Shown here piece by piece: positions 1-8,890 of a DNA stretch of 64,000 bases. The notes beneath the pieces were generated by a model. The model did not search any database. It had not been told where the DNA came from and saw nothing but the letters and a program-made list of their open reading frames with translations. The position numbers were made by a program, and so were the translations under genes. Source of the stretch: an uncultured Flavobacteriaceae bacterium. Its GTDB lineage: Bacteria; Bacteroidota; Bacteroidia; Flavobacteriales; Flavobacteriaceae. Each line of letters opens with the position of its first letter. The first letter of the stretch is position 1. The stretch covers positions 840 through 64,839 of the forward strand of contig CAYMKR010000002.1 of assembly GCA_964390865.1 (NCBI GenBank), written 5' to 3'.

Positions 1-18
1 AAGTCTGTTTATAATAAC

Positions 19-149
19 CACTAACGGTTAGTATGAGAATATGTAGCCGACCGCGTGGTACTTTCCTGTCAAATTACAAGAAAATTGAAGCGGTCTACAA
101 CCTTCGAATTTACTGCTAATTCGGCTATTATTTTTATATATAGTTAACT
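19..149. repeat. Long imperfect palindrome, attC-like / Flavobacteria dispersed hairpin element
   Basis: TAAC (22-25) pairs with GTTA (143-146), TAGCCGA (44-50) pairs with TCGGCTA (121-127), and TATGAGAATA pairs imperfectly with TATTTTTATA, leaving unpaired bases. Only one copy in the window. Confidence 0.45.
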
Positions 150-220
150 ATCTATCTTCATTTTGAAACAATAGAATTAAAATTGAAAATTATTATCGTG
201 GACGCACACGAGTATTTTAC

Positions 221-228
221 TATATTTG
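221..228 (+). promoter_or_regulatory. Bacteroidota housekeeping -7 promoter box
   Basis: TATATTTG matches TAnnTTTG, about 80 bp upstream of the sulfatase start. Confidence 0.5.
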
Positions 229-306
229 TCTATTCTTGATGTTTTTTGTATTCAAAACCACCTTGGATTCTAGGTGATTTTCAAGAGTTAAACCTTTAAA
301 ACTAAT

Positions 307-2076
307 ATGAGCATGACAATAAAACCGATTCCTTTATTATTGCTCTTCCTTATGCTGTTTAGTGAAATAGGATTTTCTCAAAAGAAATCGCATCCAAATG
401 TAATCATCATTATGACTGATGATCAAGGGTATGGAGATTTTGGTATTACTGGAAATCCACATGTGCAAACCCCAATTATAGATGCCTTTGGGAGTAATAG
501 TATTCGCTTTAATAATTTTTATGTATCACCTGTCTGTGCTCCGACGAGATCCAGTTTAATGACAGGGCGCTATTCATTACGTACCGGAATTAGAGACACC
601 TATAACGGAGGAGCTATTATGGCCTCGAATGAAGTGACTATTGCCGAAATGCTCAAAGAGGCAGACTATCAAACAGGTATTTTTGGAAAATGGCATTTAG
701 GAGATAATTATCCGTCGAGACCAAGTGATCAGGGTTTCGATGAATCTCTGATTCATCTGAGTGGTGGCATGGGACAGGTTGGCGATTTTACCACATATTT
801 TCAAGGAGATAGAAGTTATTTTGACCCGGTTCTTTGGCATAATAATGAAAAAGAATCTTACCAAGGATATTGTTCAGATATTTTTACAGAAAAGGCGATC
901 GATTTTATTGAAAAAAGTAAAGAAGGACCTTTTTTTTGCTACTTGTCATTTAATGCGCCGCACACACCTTTACAAGTTCCAGATTCCTATTATCAACGCT
1001 ACAAAGATATTGATCCTTCTTCCGGTTTCGAGAATGACGAGCGTCCCTTTTCAAAAATGAGTGATAAGGACAAGGAAGATGCTAGAAAAGTATATGCCAT
1101 GGTTTCAAACATCGATGAAAACATAGGAAAATTATTCAAGAAATTAGAAGAACTGGATGTCGCAAAAAACACCATTGTAATTTTTATGACAGACAATGGA
1201 CCTCAACAAACGAGATACGTGGCTGGTATGCGAGGACGCAAAGGAAGTGTTTATCAAGGGGGAGTTCGAGTTCCCTTTTTTATGCGTTATCCAGCTATGT
1301 TTAAAGAAAATAAAGAAATAAATATAACAGCAGCTCATTTTGATATTTTACCAACTTTATCTGAATTGTGTAATGTTCCGTTGCCTCATGATAAAATCAT
1401 TGATGGAAAAAGCTTGGTACCCTTGTTAAGGAATAAAAAAGTGGATTGGAAAAGCAGATCGCTGTTCTTTTATTGGACCAGAAGGTATCCAGAACTATAC
1501 AATAATATTGCAATTCAAAAAGACAACTACAAGCTGGTAGGCATGACCGATTATGACAGTAAAATCGAAAATTTCGAATTGTTTAATCTTGATAAAGATC
1601 CTTTCGAACAAAATAATTTGGTTGAAGAAGACAGAGATATTGCCATTCAGCTAAAAGAAGAATTCGATCATACCTATAAAGAGTTAATTGCATCTGAAAA
1701 CCTTTTGAATCCGCAAAGAATAATAATAGGTAGCGAGTTTGAGAACCCAATTATCTTAAACAGAAATGATGCTGATGGGGAGCGGGGAATATGGAACAAA
1801 GAGGAAGTATTTGGCAAGTGGAACGTCAGCATTTTAGAAGGGTTTTATAATATTAGATTTAAATTCATAAAACCTATCGAAAAAGGAGGGAGAATGTTAC
1901 TCGAAACCAAAGGGATTATAAATCAAAAGAAGAACCTTTTGGAAGAGACTGATATGCTTGAAATGAAAAATGTGTTTCTCCCAAAAATGAATTGCGATCT
2001 TATTCCTTTTTATTTTATAAAAGGAAAAAGAATTTTCCCTTTTTGGGTTGAACTGGATAAAATTAATAATATATAA
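307..2076 (+). CDS. Arylsulfatase (S1 family, Cys-type) with C-terminal extension
   Basis: Signal peptide; PNVIIIMTDDQG, SPVCAPTRSSLMTGR (CxPxR), GKWHLG, APHTP and DNG motifs. Confidence 0.95.
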   Translation: MSMTIKPIPLLLLFLMLFSEIGFSQKKSHPNVIIIMTDDQGYGDFGITGNPHVQTPIIDAFGSNSIRFNNFYVSPVCAPTRSSLMTGRYSLRTGIRDTYNGGAIMASNEVTIAEMLKEADYQTGIFGKWHLGDNYPSRPSDQGFDESLIHLSGGMGQVGDFTTYFQGDRSYFDPVLWHNNEKESYQGYCSDIFTEKAIDFIEKSKEGPFFCYLSFNAPHTPLQVPDSYYQRYKDIDPSSGFENDERPFSKMSDKDKEDARKVYAMVSNIDENIGKLFKKLEELDVAKNTIVIFMTDNGPQQTRYVAGMRGRKGSVYQGGVRVPFFMRYPAMFKENKEINITAAHFDILPTLSELCNVPLPHDKIIDGKSLVPLLRNKKVDWKSRSLFFYWTRRYPELYNNIAIQKDNYKLVGMTDYDSKIENFELFNLDKDPFEQNNLVEEDRDIAIQLKEEFDHTYKELIASENLLNPQRIIIGSEFENPIILNRNDADGERGIWNKEEVFGKWNVSILEGFYNIRFKFIKPIEKGGRMLLETKGIINQKKNLLEETDMLEMKNVFLPKMNCDLIPFYFIKGKRIFPFWVELDKINNI

Positions 2077-2086
2077 AACAATATTA

Positions 2087-3010
2087 ATGAAAAAAATAAT
2101 CTCATTTTGCTTTTTTATATGCTTACTGTATTCCTGTAATCATTCAATAAAATCAGAAATTAAAGACATCAGTGAGGTGCCAATAAATGAAAAAGTCGCA
2201 GACAATAACAATCCATTTTTTGCTTATAATTTTGGAGGTCTTCAAGATTATTCACCTAGCGAACAAATAAAGATATTGAAAGGCTATGGATACGATGGTA
2301 TCACTTTGCAGATGGCCAAAGAAAAAAATGTAGAAAAGCTAAATGATTTTATTGATTTAGTGGCAGACACAGAGAATTTTAAAATTTACTCAGTTTTTGT
2401 ACGGTATAACTTTGACCAATCGGAGGAGGATAGAAATCGTTGGAAAGAAGTTGTTAATATGATTAGTGGCAAGGGTATAGATTTATGGTTCATTTTTGGA
2501 AAACCAGTAGATGGCGTGGATGACGAGCAAGTAGAAGGGATATTAAGAAATGTCACGACTTATGCTGATTCGAGAAATGTACCTGTGACCTTATATCCTC
2601 ACAGTTGGTGTTATTTTGATACAGCAGAAAAATCATTACCCATGATCAAAAAAATCAATCATCCTAATTTAAAACTGGCTTTGCATACATGTCATGAACT
2701 AAAGGCCGGAAATGCAGGAAGATTGGCTGAAGTGGTAGATAATGTAAAAGATTATTTAAGTTTTGTCACAATAGCAGGAGCTTCAAAAGAGATTGATATG
2801 TCTAGTAGAAAGAGGATGGATGCAACAAGTATTCAACCTTTGGAGGACGGAGAATATGATTTCACACCTTTTTTAAAAGCACTTAAAGATGCTGAATTTA
2901 AAGGCCCTGTAGGCTATATTAACTTTAAGTTTGACAAACTACCTGAAGAATACTTGCCAGAATCATTGGCAGAATGGGAAAGGCTAAAGACCCTGTATTT
3001 AAATTATTAA
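2087..3010 (+). CDS. Lipoprotein, xylose-isomerase-like TIM barrel (sugar phosphate isomerase/epimerase family)
   Basis: Likely start is the ATG at 2087 (MKKIISFCFFICLLYSC lipobox). GYDGI, LYPH, HPNLKL and GEYDF..FLKAL...FKGPV patterns fit the AP_endonuc_2 fold. Confidence 0.75.
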   Translation: MKKIISFCFFICLLYSCNHSIKSEIKDISEVPINEKVADNNNPFFAYNFGGLQDYSPSEQIKILKGYGYDGITLQMAKEKNVEKLNDFIDLVADTENFKIYSVFVRYNFDQSEEDRNRWKEVVNMISGKGIDLWFIFGKPVDGVDDEQVEGILRNVTTYADSRNVPVTLYPHSWCYFDTAEKSLPMIKKINHPNLKLALHTCHELKAGNAGRLAEVVDNVKDYLSFVTIAGASKEIDMSSRKRMDATSIQPLEDGEYDFTPFLKALKDAEFKGPVGYINFKFDKLPEEYLPESLAEWERLKTLYLNY

Positions 3011-3160
3011 TCATGAATTGAAGATTAGTAATTCTGATTGATTCTCAAAAATAGGATAAATAGCGTGTGAGTTGGAAGGGTCAGCTCACATTTGTCAAAT
3101 ACTATCAATTTTTCAGCTGATGGATCGCAAAATCAAAATAATCTATCAACTTTTCTCAAA

Positions 3161-3221
3161 ATTAATTCTTAATTAATTAATTATTATTCAATAATTAACT
3201 ACGCTTTTATACATTTGACTT
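3161..3221 (+). promoter_or_regulatory. Shared promoter motif copy 1 (ATTAA-N6-ATTAW-N6-ATTAA-N14-ATTTG) upstream of MFS-ROK
   Basis: TACATTTG -7 box at 3210-3217; aligns without gaps to the copies at 7350, 35048 and 45040. Confidence 0.65.
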
Positions 3222-3416
3222 ATATTCAACATTCTTTGAAATCATATTAAACTCAATTGTAAGAAGCCTTTGAATTATTCCAAAAGGAAGCAAACATTTG
3301 AGTGTTTAAATACAGATTCAGAAAGTGATGATTTCAGATGAATGAGCGTTTATGAAAATCATCAAGGACTAGATTGCATAACTATTAAATAATAATATTC
3401 CATAATTTAAATAAAC

Positions 3417-4577
3417 ATGAAAAACAATTCTACCAAATCTTTACCAATTTTTCTCACATTTCTCATTATGGGATTTGGAGACGTTTCAGGCCCCTTGTCA
3501 AGTCAACTTCAAAATGATTTTAGTCTAAGTAATTTTGAAGCTGGTTTGGTTACGTTTATGGGGTTCATCATGTTCGGGCTGCTCTCCGTTCCTATGGGTT
3601 TATACCAGGATCGTAAGGGTCGTAAACATGTACTATTGATTGGTTTACTTTCGGCTTTAGTCGGAATGATTCTACCGATTTTAGGTAATTATGAGTCATT
3701 CCCATTGATACTTGGGGGTCTTCTTTTTATGGGAGCTGGAGCGACCTTATTGCAAGTCGCAGGGAACCCTATTATGAGAGATGTTTCACCCGAAGGAAAA
3801 TATTCAAGAAATCTTTCATTTGGTCAATTTGTAAAAGCGATAGGTTCCTTATCCGGATCATTGATCCCTATACTTGCTTTGAGATGGTGGGGTCTTGATT
3901 GGAAAATTTTGTTTCCTATTTATGGGAGCATTATTCTTGTCGTTACGATCTATCTATATATGACAAAAATTGAGGAAAAAACTTCCAAAAAAGAGTCAGC
4001 AGCATCCTTGAAATCATGCCTTGATCTGTTAAAGAACCCATTTATTTTATTAATGGCCATAGGTATATTTTTATATGTAGGTGCAGAAGTAAGTATGAGT
4101 GCCAAACTCCCCAATTATCTTGAATCAAATTTTAATTTTGACATCAAAGAAAAAGGACTTTTTGGAACTTTGTTTTTCTTTATATCTCTAATGATTGGTC
4201 GGTTTCTTGGAGGAGTCGTACTAGATAAGATTTCACCAAAAATATTTTTAATATTGACTAGTATTTTATCTATTATAGGAATAGGAGCACTCTTTTTTGC
4301 TCAAGGTGAAATTTCTGCCTTTGTCATAATCTTCGTGATAGGACTCGGATTTGCGAATATTTTTCCATTGATTTTCTCCATAACGGTTGATACCATGCCG
4401 GATAGGAGCAATGAAATTTCTGGAATTATGGTGACAGCAATTATAGGAGGAGCTTTTGTACCGATAATTTTTGGTGGAGTTGCTGACATGTTCGGGTTAA
4501 TGTCTGGATTTCTTGTTTTGATGGCATGTATGATCTATATTCTATTGATCACTTCTAAAATTAAAAAAGCAAAGTAA
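3417..4577 (+). CDS. MFS sugar transporter (FucP/GluP-like)
   Basis: About 12 hydrophobic segments; LQVAGNP, FLYVGAEV and FANIFP motifs typical of the FucP family. Confidence 0.9.
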   Translation: MKNNSTKSLPIFLTFLIMGFGDVSGPLSSQLQNDFSLSNFEAGLVTFMGFIMFGLLSVPMGLYQDRKGRKHVLLIGLLSALVGMILPILGNYESFPLILGGLLFMGAGATLLQVAGNPIMRDVSPEGKYSRNLSFGQFVKAIGSLSGSLIPILALRWWGLDWKILFPIYGSIILVVTIYLYMTKIEEKTSKKESAASLKSCLDLLKNPFILLMAIGIFLYVGAEVSMSAKLPNYLESNFNFDIKEKGLFGTLFFFISLMIGRFLGGVVLDKISPKIFLILTSILSIIGIGALFFAQGEISAFVIIFVIGLGFANIFPLIFSITVDTMPDRSNEISGIMVTAIIGGAFVPIIFGGVADMFGLMSGFLVLMACMIYILLITSKIKKAK

Positions 4578-5683
4578 TGAATATATATACTGATGACAGA
4601 GTGGTCCTTACGCTTGATGCAGGAGGAACTAATTTTGTTTTTTCTGCAATTCAGAGTGGAAAACCAATTACTGATAAAGTAAGAATGGATTCTCATGCTG
4701 ATAATTTGAATGATTGTATTAAAACTATGGTTGACGGATTTAAAACTGTTATTTCACAAATTGAAAGTAATCCGGTCGCTATTAGTTTTGCCTTTCCCGG
4801 ACCTGCAGACTACCCAAATGGAATCATTGGAGATTTGGGAAATCTACCAGCTTTTAGAGGAGGTGTGCCACTAAAGGCAATTCTGGAGGAAGCTTTTGAT
4901 TTACCTGTTTTCATTAATAACGATGGGGATCTATATGCTTATGGAGAGGCTCTTGGAGGTATATTGCCTGAAATCAACAGCAAATTGGAAGCTTCAGGAA
5001 GCAATAAAAGATATCACAATGTAGTTGGTTTGACCCTAGGAACAGGTTTTGGGGGTGGTATCGTAAGAAATGAGGAATTGTTTATTGGAGATAATTCTAC
5101 AGCTGCGGAGGTCTGGCTATTTAGCAATAGGTATAGCCCAGGTGTAAATGCTGAAGATGTAGTTAGTACAAGATCAGTACAACGTGTATATGCCGAAAAG
5201 GCGGATGTTTATTATCCAAATGAACTTATGCCCAAGGATATTTTTGATATTGCAATGGGAACGAAAGAAGGTAATCGGGAAGCCGCGATTATTGCCTATC
5301 AGGAAACTGGTAAGGCCCTTGGGGATGTTATAGCCAATTTGTTCACGTTCATTGATGGTATAGTGGTTATAGGAGGCGGTATAGCAGGAGCCAAGGATCT
5401 TTATATGCCTTCGGTAATGGATGAGCTGAGGAGTAATTTTTACCCTTCAAATGCCAATAAACAACCTAGGCTTGTACAGCAAATTTTCAACTTGGATGAA
5501 GAAAAGGAATGCATAGATTTCTACAAGGATTATTCAAAGGAAGTTAAGGTTCCAGGAACTACTAGAACAGTTTCATACGATCCTTTTCCACGCTTAGCTA
5601 TTGCAACAAGTAGAATTGGTGGCAGCGAGGCAATTTCTTTGGGTGCTTATGCTTTTGCGCTAAACAATATTGGCGGTCAATAA
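4577..5683 (+). CDS. ROK family sugar kinase
   Basis: LDAGGTNF, FPGP, NNDGD, TLGTGFGGG and IGGGI motifs; TAATG coupling with the MFS gene. Confidence 0.9.
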   Translation: MNIYTDDRVVLTLDAGGTNFVFSAIQSGKPITDKVRMDSHADNLNDCIKTMVDGFKTVISQIESNPVAISFAFPGPADYPNGIIGDLGNLPAFRGGVPLKAILEEAFDLPVFINNDGDLYAYGEALGGILPEINSKLEASGSNKRYHNVVGLTLGTGFGGGIVRNEELFIGDNSTAAEVWLFSNRYSPGVNAEDVVSTRSVQRVYAEKADVYYPNELMPKDIFDIAMGTKEGNREAAIIAYQETGKALGDVIANLFTFIDGIVVIGGGIAGAKDLYMPSVMDELRSNFYPSNANKQPRLVQQIFNLDEEKECIDFYKDYSKEVKVPGTTRTVSYDPFPRLAIATSRIGGSEAISLGAYAFALNNIGGQ

Positions 5684-6023
5684 GTTATGGGGGTAATTAT
5701 TTAATTCCTCATTATTTTCTTTAAGATTAGATACTTTCGTTTGATGAATCAAATTGGGAGATTTATTTTTGATTTGTTCAAATAGCATCGATAAGGCAAG
5801 TTTAGAAATTTCCAAATCTGATTGAATTACTTTTTTTAAAATATACCGTTGATGCATAGACCTAAGGATCATTGACTAAATAGGTCATCGGATTCCAAAA
5901 TTTCATTCCCCAGGGGCTTGCAATGGCGGGCTGGGTATTCCTAAGTATATGAGGAAAACAGCGTGTATGTCAATATTAGTAATAAAACGACTTTATGATC
6001 CAATTGTTTATTTCGCTTTTTAT

Positions 6024-7265
6024 TTAATTAGAAGGGTCGAAGATCTTGTTATATAAATTTTCATTTTTATCAATGCAACCTGAGACTTGGATAACGGCCT
6101 TATTATTTTCAATAGTAATTGGAGATTCAGACATATAATTCCGCATACGGCTTCCCCAAATTGAAACGGTCAACTTTTCATCACCTCTCACCAATAAATA
6201 GTCATATGACATTTCTTCCTTTACTGGAGTCAGTGCCCCATTTCCTCCTGAAAAAGCTTCGACATTACTTAGGGAAGTATGTCCTTGACCTTCAATAATA
6301 ATAGGGTGAATGTTTTCAACTTTTTCACCTGTATTGGCTATAATTGATCCTTGAGCGATTTGCCAGTTTCGGTTTTTAGTATTACTTCCCTGTTTCAAAA
6401 TGCCTACTGCTACACAGTCAAAATTAAAATTAGTCAATTGACCATACGATTGATCCCCCAATAAGATGCCCCCATAAGTACCAAAAGTAAATAAATCGAT
6501 TATTTGAGCATTATCTGTATGATTAATAGTGTATGCATAGGTTTTTTTGGCAATTACCGCATCTACCACCTCTTTGCTATATTGCCCACCAATAAATCGT
6601 TGTACGGCTGGATTTACATGACAATGTAAAATTCGTGGAACATCGTAAACATAGTCCATTCGAATGAACTCCCCACTTAAAGGGAATCCGTAACAATGTT
6701 CAAAAGTCATTAATTCACAGGAGAATTTTCTACTGGCATTGAAGTCAAAAGCAAGGTATTCACCATAAAAAGTTAAGCATGAAAGATAAACTCCCTGAGT
6801 TTTACTGGTTTTCGATACTTGAATTGTAGCTTTATAAGGTATAATGGTTTCAGGGTTTTTAATAGTTTGATCTGAATACCAAAATTGAATACCCTTAATC
6901 TGCGTTGCTGATTCAACTGTAATAAACACATTTTCAGTATCAGTAATTTTAAAAACGCTACCAACAGGTTGTTTTTTTGTTTTATGAACCGTACCTCGTG
7001 GCGTGGGGCCATGAACGCCAATTAATGACACATTTTTTTTTAAGACGATTCCTCCGCTGATATGATAAGGATCTTCAGTAGGCTCTACCCAAAGTGCATT
7101 CCCTGTTTGGGATGCCCAATCTATAGCCTTCTGTAGATTTATTTTGTTTTCATCTGGTTTGTTATTAGGTTTTACATCAAAATACTGTATGCTTTTCATC
7201 TGCTGAGCAAAGGACAAATGAACCATTAAAATCGTCAAAATGGCAAGTAAATATTTTGTTTTCAT
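6024..7265 (-). CDS. Secreted right-handed beta-helix protein (pectate-lyase-3 / GH28-related fold), uncharacterised
   Basis: Signal peptide; N-terminal NLQKAID...Y.I...I.LK.NVSL.G motif of beta-helix CAZymes. Confidence 0.7.
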   Translation of the reverse strand: MKTKYLLAILTILMVHLSFAQQMKSIQYFDVKPNNKPDENKINLQKAIDWASQTGNALWVEPTEDPYHISGGIVLKKNVSLIGVHGPTPRGTVHKTKKQPVGSVFKITDTENVFITVESATQIKGIQFWYSDQTIKNPETIIPYKATIQVSKTSKTQGVYLSCLTFYGEYLAFDFNASRKFSCELMTFEHCYGFPLSGEFIRMDYVYDVPRILHCHVNPAVQRFIGGQYSKEVVDAVIAKKTYAYTINHTDNAQIIDLFTFGTYGGILLGDQSYGQLTNFNFDCVAVGILKQGSNTKNRNWQIAQGSIIANTGEKVENIHPIIIEGQGHTSLSNVEAFSGGNGALTPVKEEMSYDYLLVRGDEKLTVSIWGSRMRNYMSESPITIENNKAVIQVSGCIDKNENLYNKIFDPSN

Positions 7266-7349
7266 AATTAAGAGGCTTTAGAGTTAAGTTTGATTTCCAC
7301 GAAAACAACTTCATTAAATCAAGTTGCGTGACCGTTCATTTTTAAAAGA

Positions 7350-7396
7350 CAAATAAAAGAGAATGTCCTTAATAATGAGTTAATATCTAATTAATT
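7350..7396 (-). promoter_or_regulatory. Shared promoter motif copy 2 upstream of the beta-helix gene
   Basis: Plus strand reads caaataaaagagaatgtccttaataatgagttaatatctaattaatt; ungapped match to the other three copies. Confidence 0.6.
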
Positions 7397-7478
7397 ATCA
7401 AGTTTATTAAATGGAATTTTTAAAAAAAAAGTGTTTATCTTTTATTGTTGATAAAATGGACCATTTTCGTTGGCAGAT

Positions 7479-7503
7479 TAAACTATATGCCAATTTTGGA
7501 GTC
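7479..7503 (+). promoter_or_regulatory. Possible ECF-sigma promoter (TAAAC-N17-GTC) for the DUF1800/DUF1501 pair
   Basis: AAAC at 7480-7483 and GTC at 7501-7503, 17 bp apart, about 20 bp before the ATG. Confidence 0.3.
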
Positions 7504-7523
7504 ATAGTTATTAAATTTTGAAA

Positions 7524-8888
7524 ATGAAACTAACGCAACGACAAGTTCAACATCTTTATTGGCGTGCTGGTTTTTTAACTTCATATGATCAGATTAAAAG
7601 GTCAACAGGAAATAATCCTGAGAAACTCTTTGATCAGTTGGTTTCTAATAGTATTTATTATAAAAAACTGACTGTTAAAGACGCCTATCAATTGGATTAT
7701 AGGAAGCTTAAAATGGCATCTTTTGAAGAAAAAAAGGTTATGAGAAAAATGTCTCGAGCCGGAATAATGGAACTCAATAATCTTTGGTTAGATCATATGG
7801 CAACAACCGATGGGATTCTTCGAGAGAGAATGTCATTATTTTGGCATAATCATTTGGCTTGTAGTTCCAAAAAGGTTGGTTTCCTTCAAAGTTATCTTCA
7901 TACTATTAGAAAAAATAGCCTCGGCAACTTTGGTGACATGCTTCAGGCTGTGGCTAAAGAACCTGCGATGCTTCAGTATCTGAATAATCAACAAAACATA
8001 AAGGACCGGCCCAATGAAAATTTCGCGAGGGAACTTATGGAGCTATTTACGCTAGGGATAGGTCACTATTCTGAAGAAGATATCAAAAATGCTGCAAGAG
8101 CATTTACCGGTTGGGGTATAAGAAAGGATGAATTCTTCCTACGACCAAATTTACACGATAATGGTTTAAAAACTTTCTTTGGAGAAACGAGTCATTTAGA
8201 GGGAGAAGAAGTAATTAAGAAACTTTTAAAGAATAAGCAAACCGCAAGGTTCATTTGTAAGAAAATGTATGTTTATTTTGTTAATGATCAAATTGATTCA
8301 AAAAGAATAGAAGAACTCGCTACAGTATTTTATGACAACAACTATGAGATTCTTCCATTGGTTAGAGCGATTTTTACGGCAAAATGGTTTTATGATAATG
8401 AAAATGTTGGGGCCAAAATAAAGTCACCTGTAGATTTTCTTATTGGACTGAGAAGATCAATGGATATTCGTTTTAATAACCTTGAAGGACAAGTTTTTAT
8501 AGAGAAACAATTGGGTCAGGTATTATTTTACCCTCCTAATGTTGCAGGGTGGCCAGGAGGTCATGACTGGATAGACAGCAGTACATTAATGCTGCGGTCT
8601 CGTTTAACAGAGATCTTGCTTTTATCTTCTGAAGTTAATCTGGCGATTAAAGAGTCTGGCGATGACAATGATAAAATCAAATTTAATGGCAGGTTGAAGA
8701 AACTGGGTTCGGAGGTGAACCTTAGTCATTTTGAAAAATCCTTGCAATCGGATGCAGATACATCTAAAGAGCTTGCAAATTATCTTGTGCAAATAGATAT
8801 GAATATATCGGTAGAAGCTACTTCAAATAATGGACTGGTAAATAACATCATCTCCATATCAAAAACTCCAGAATTTCAACTGTGCTAA
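7524..8888 (+). CDS. DUF1800 family protein
   Basis: HLYWRAGF, LRERMSLFWHNH, PNENFARELMELFTLG, ARAFTGW and PPNVAGW motifs. ATG 7524 preferred over TTG 7518. Confidence 0.92.
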   Translation: MKLTQRQVQHLYWRAGFLTSYDQIKRSTGNNPEKLFDQLVSNSIYYKKLTVKDAYQLDYRKLKMASFEEKKVMRKMSRAGIMELNNLWLDHMATTDGILRERMSLFWHNHLACSSKKVGFLQSYLHTIRKNSLGNFGDMLQAVAKEPAMLQYLNNQQNIKDRPNENFARELMELFTLGIGHYSEEDIKNAARAFTGWGIRKDEFFLRPNLHDNGLKTFFGETSHLEGEEVIKKLLKNKQTARFICKKMYVYFVNDQIDSKRIEELATVFYDNNYEILPLVRAIFTAKWFYDNENVGAKIKSPVDFLIGLRRSMDIRFNNLEGQVFIEKQLGQVLFYPPNVAGWPGGHDWIDSSTLMLRSRLTEILLLSSEVNLAIKESGDDNDKIKFNGRLKKLGSEVNLSHFEKSLQSDADTSKELANYLVQIDMNISVEATSNNGLVNNIISISKTPEFQLC

Positions 8889-8890
8889 TT

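Noticed and set aside
5681-5706. TTATGGGGGTAATTATTTAATT, resembling the shared promoter motif
   Set aside because: No CAAAT at the required spacing and no gene start downstream in the right orientation.
5906-5935. GC-rich CCCCAGGGGCTTGC stretch resembling REP/IS-end repeats
   Set aside because: Single, short and degenerate; no transposase in the window.
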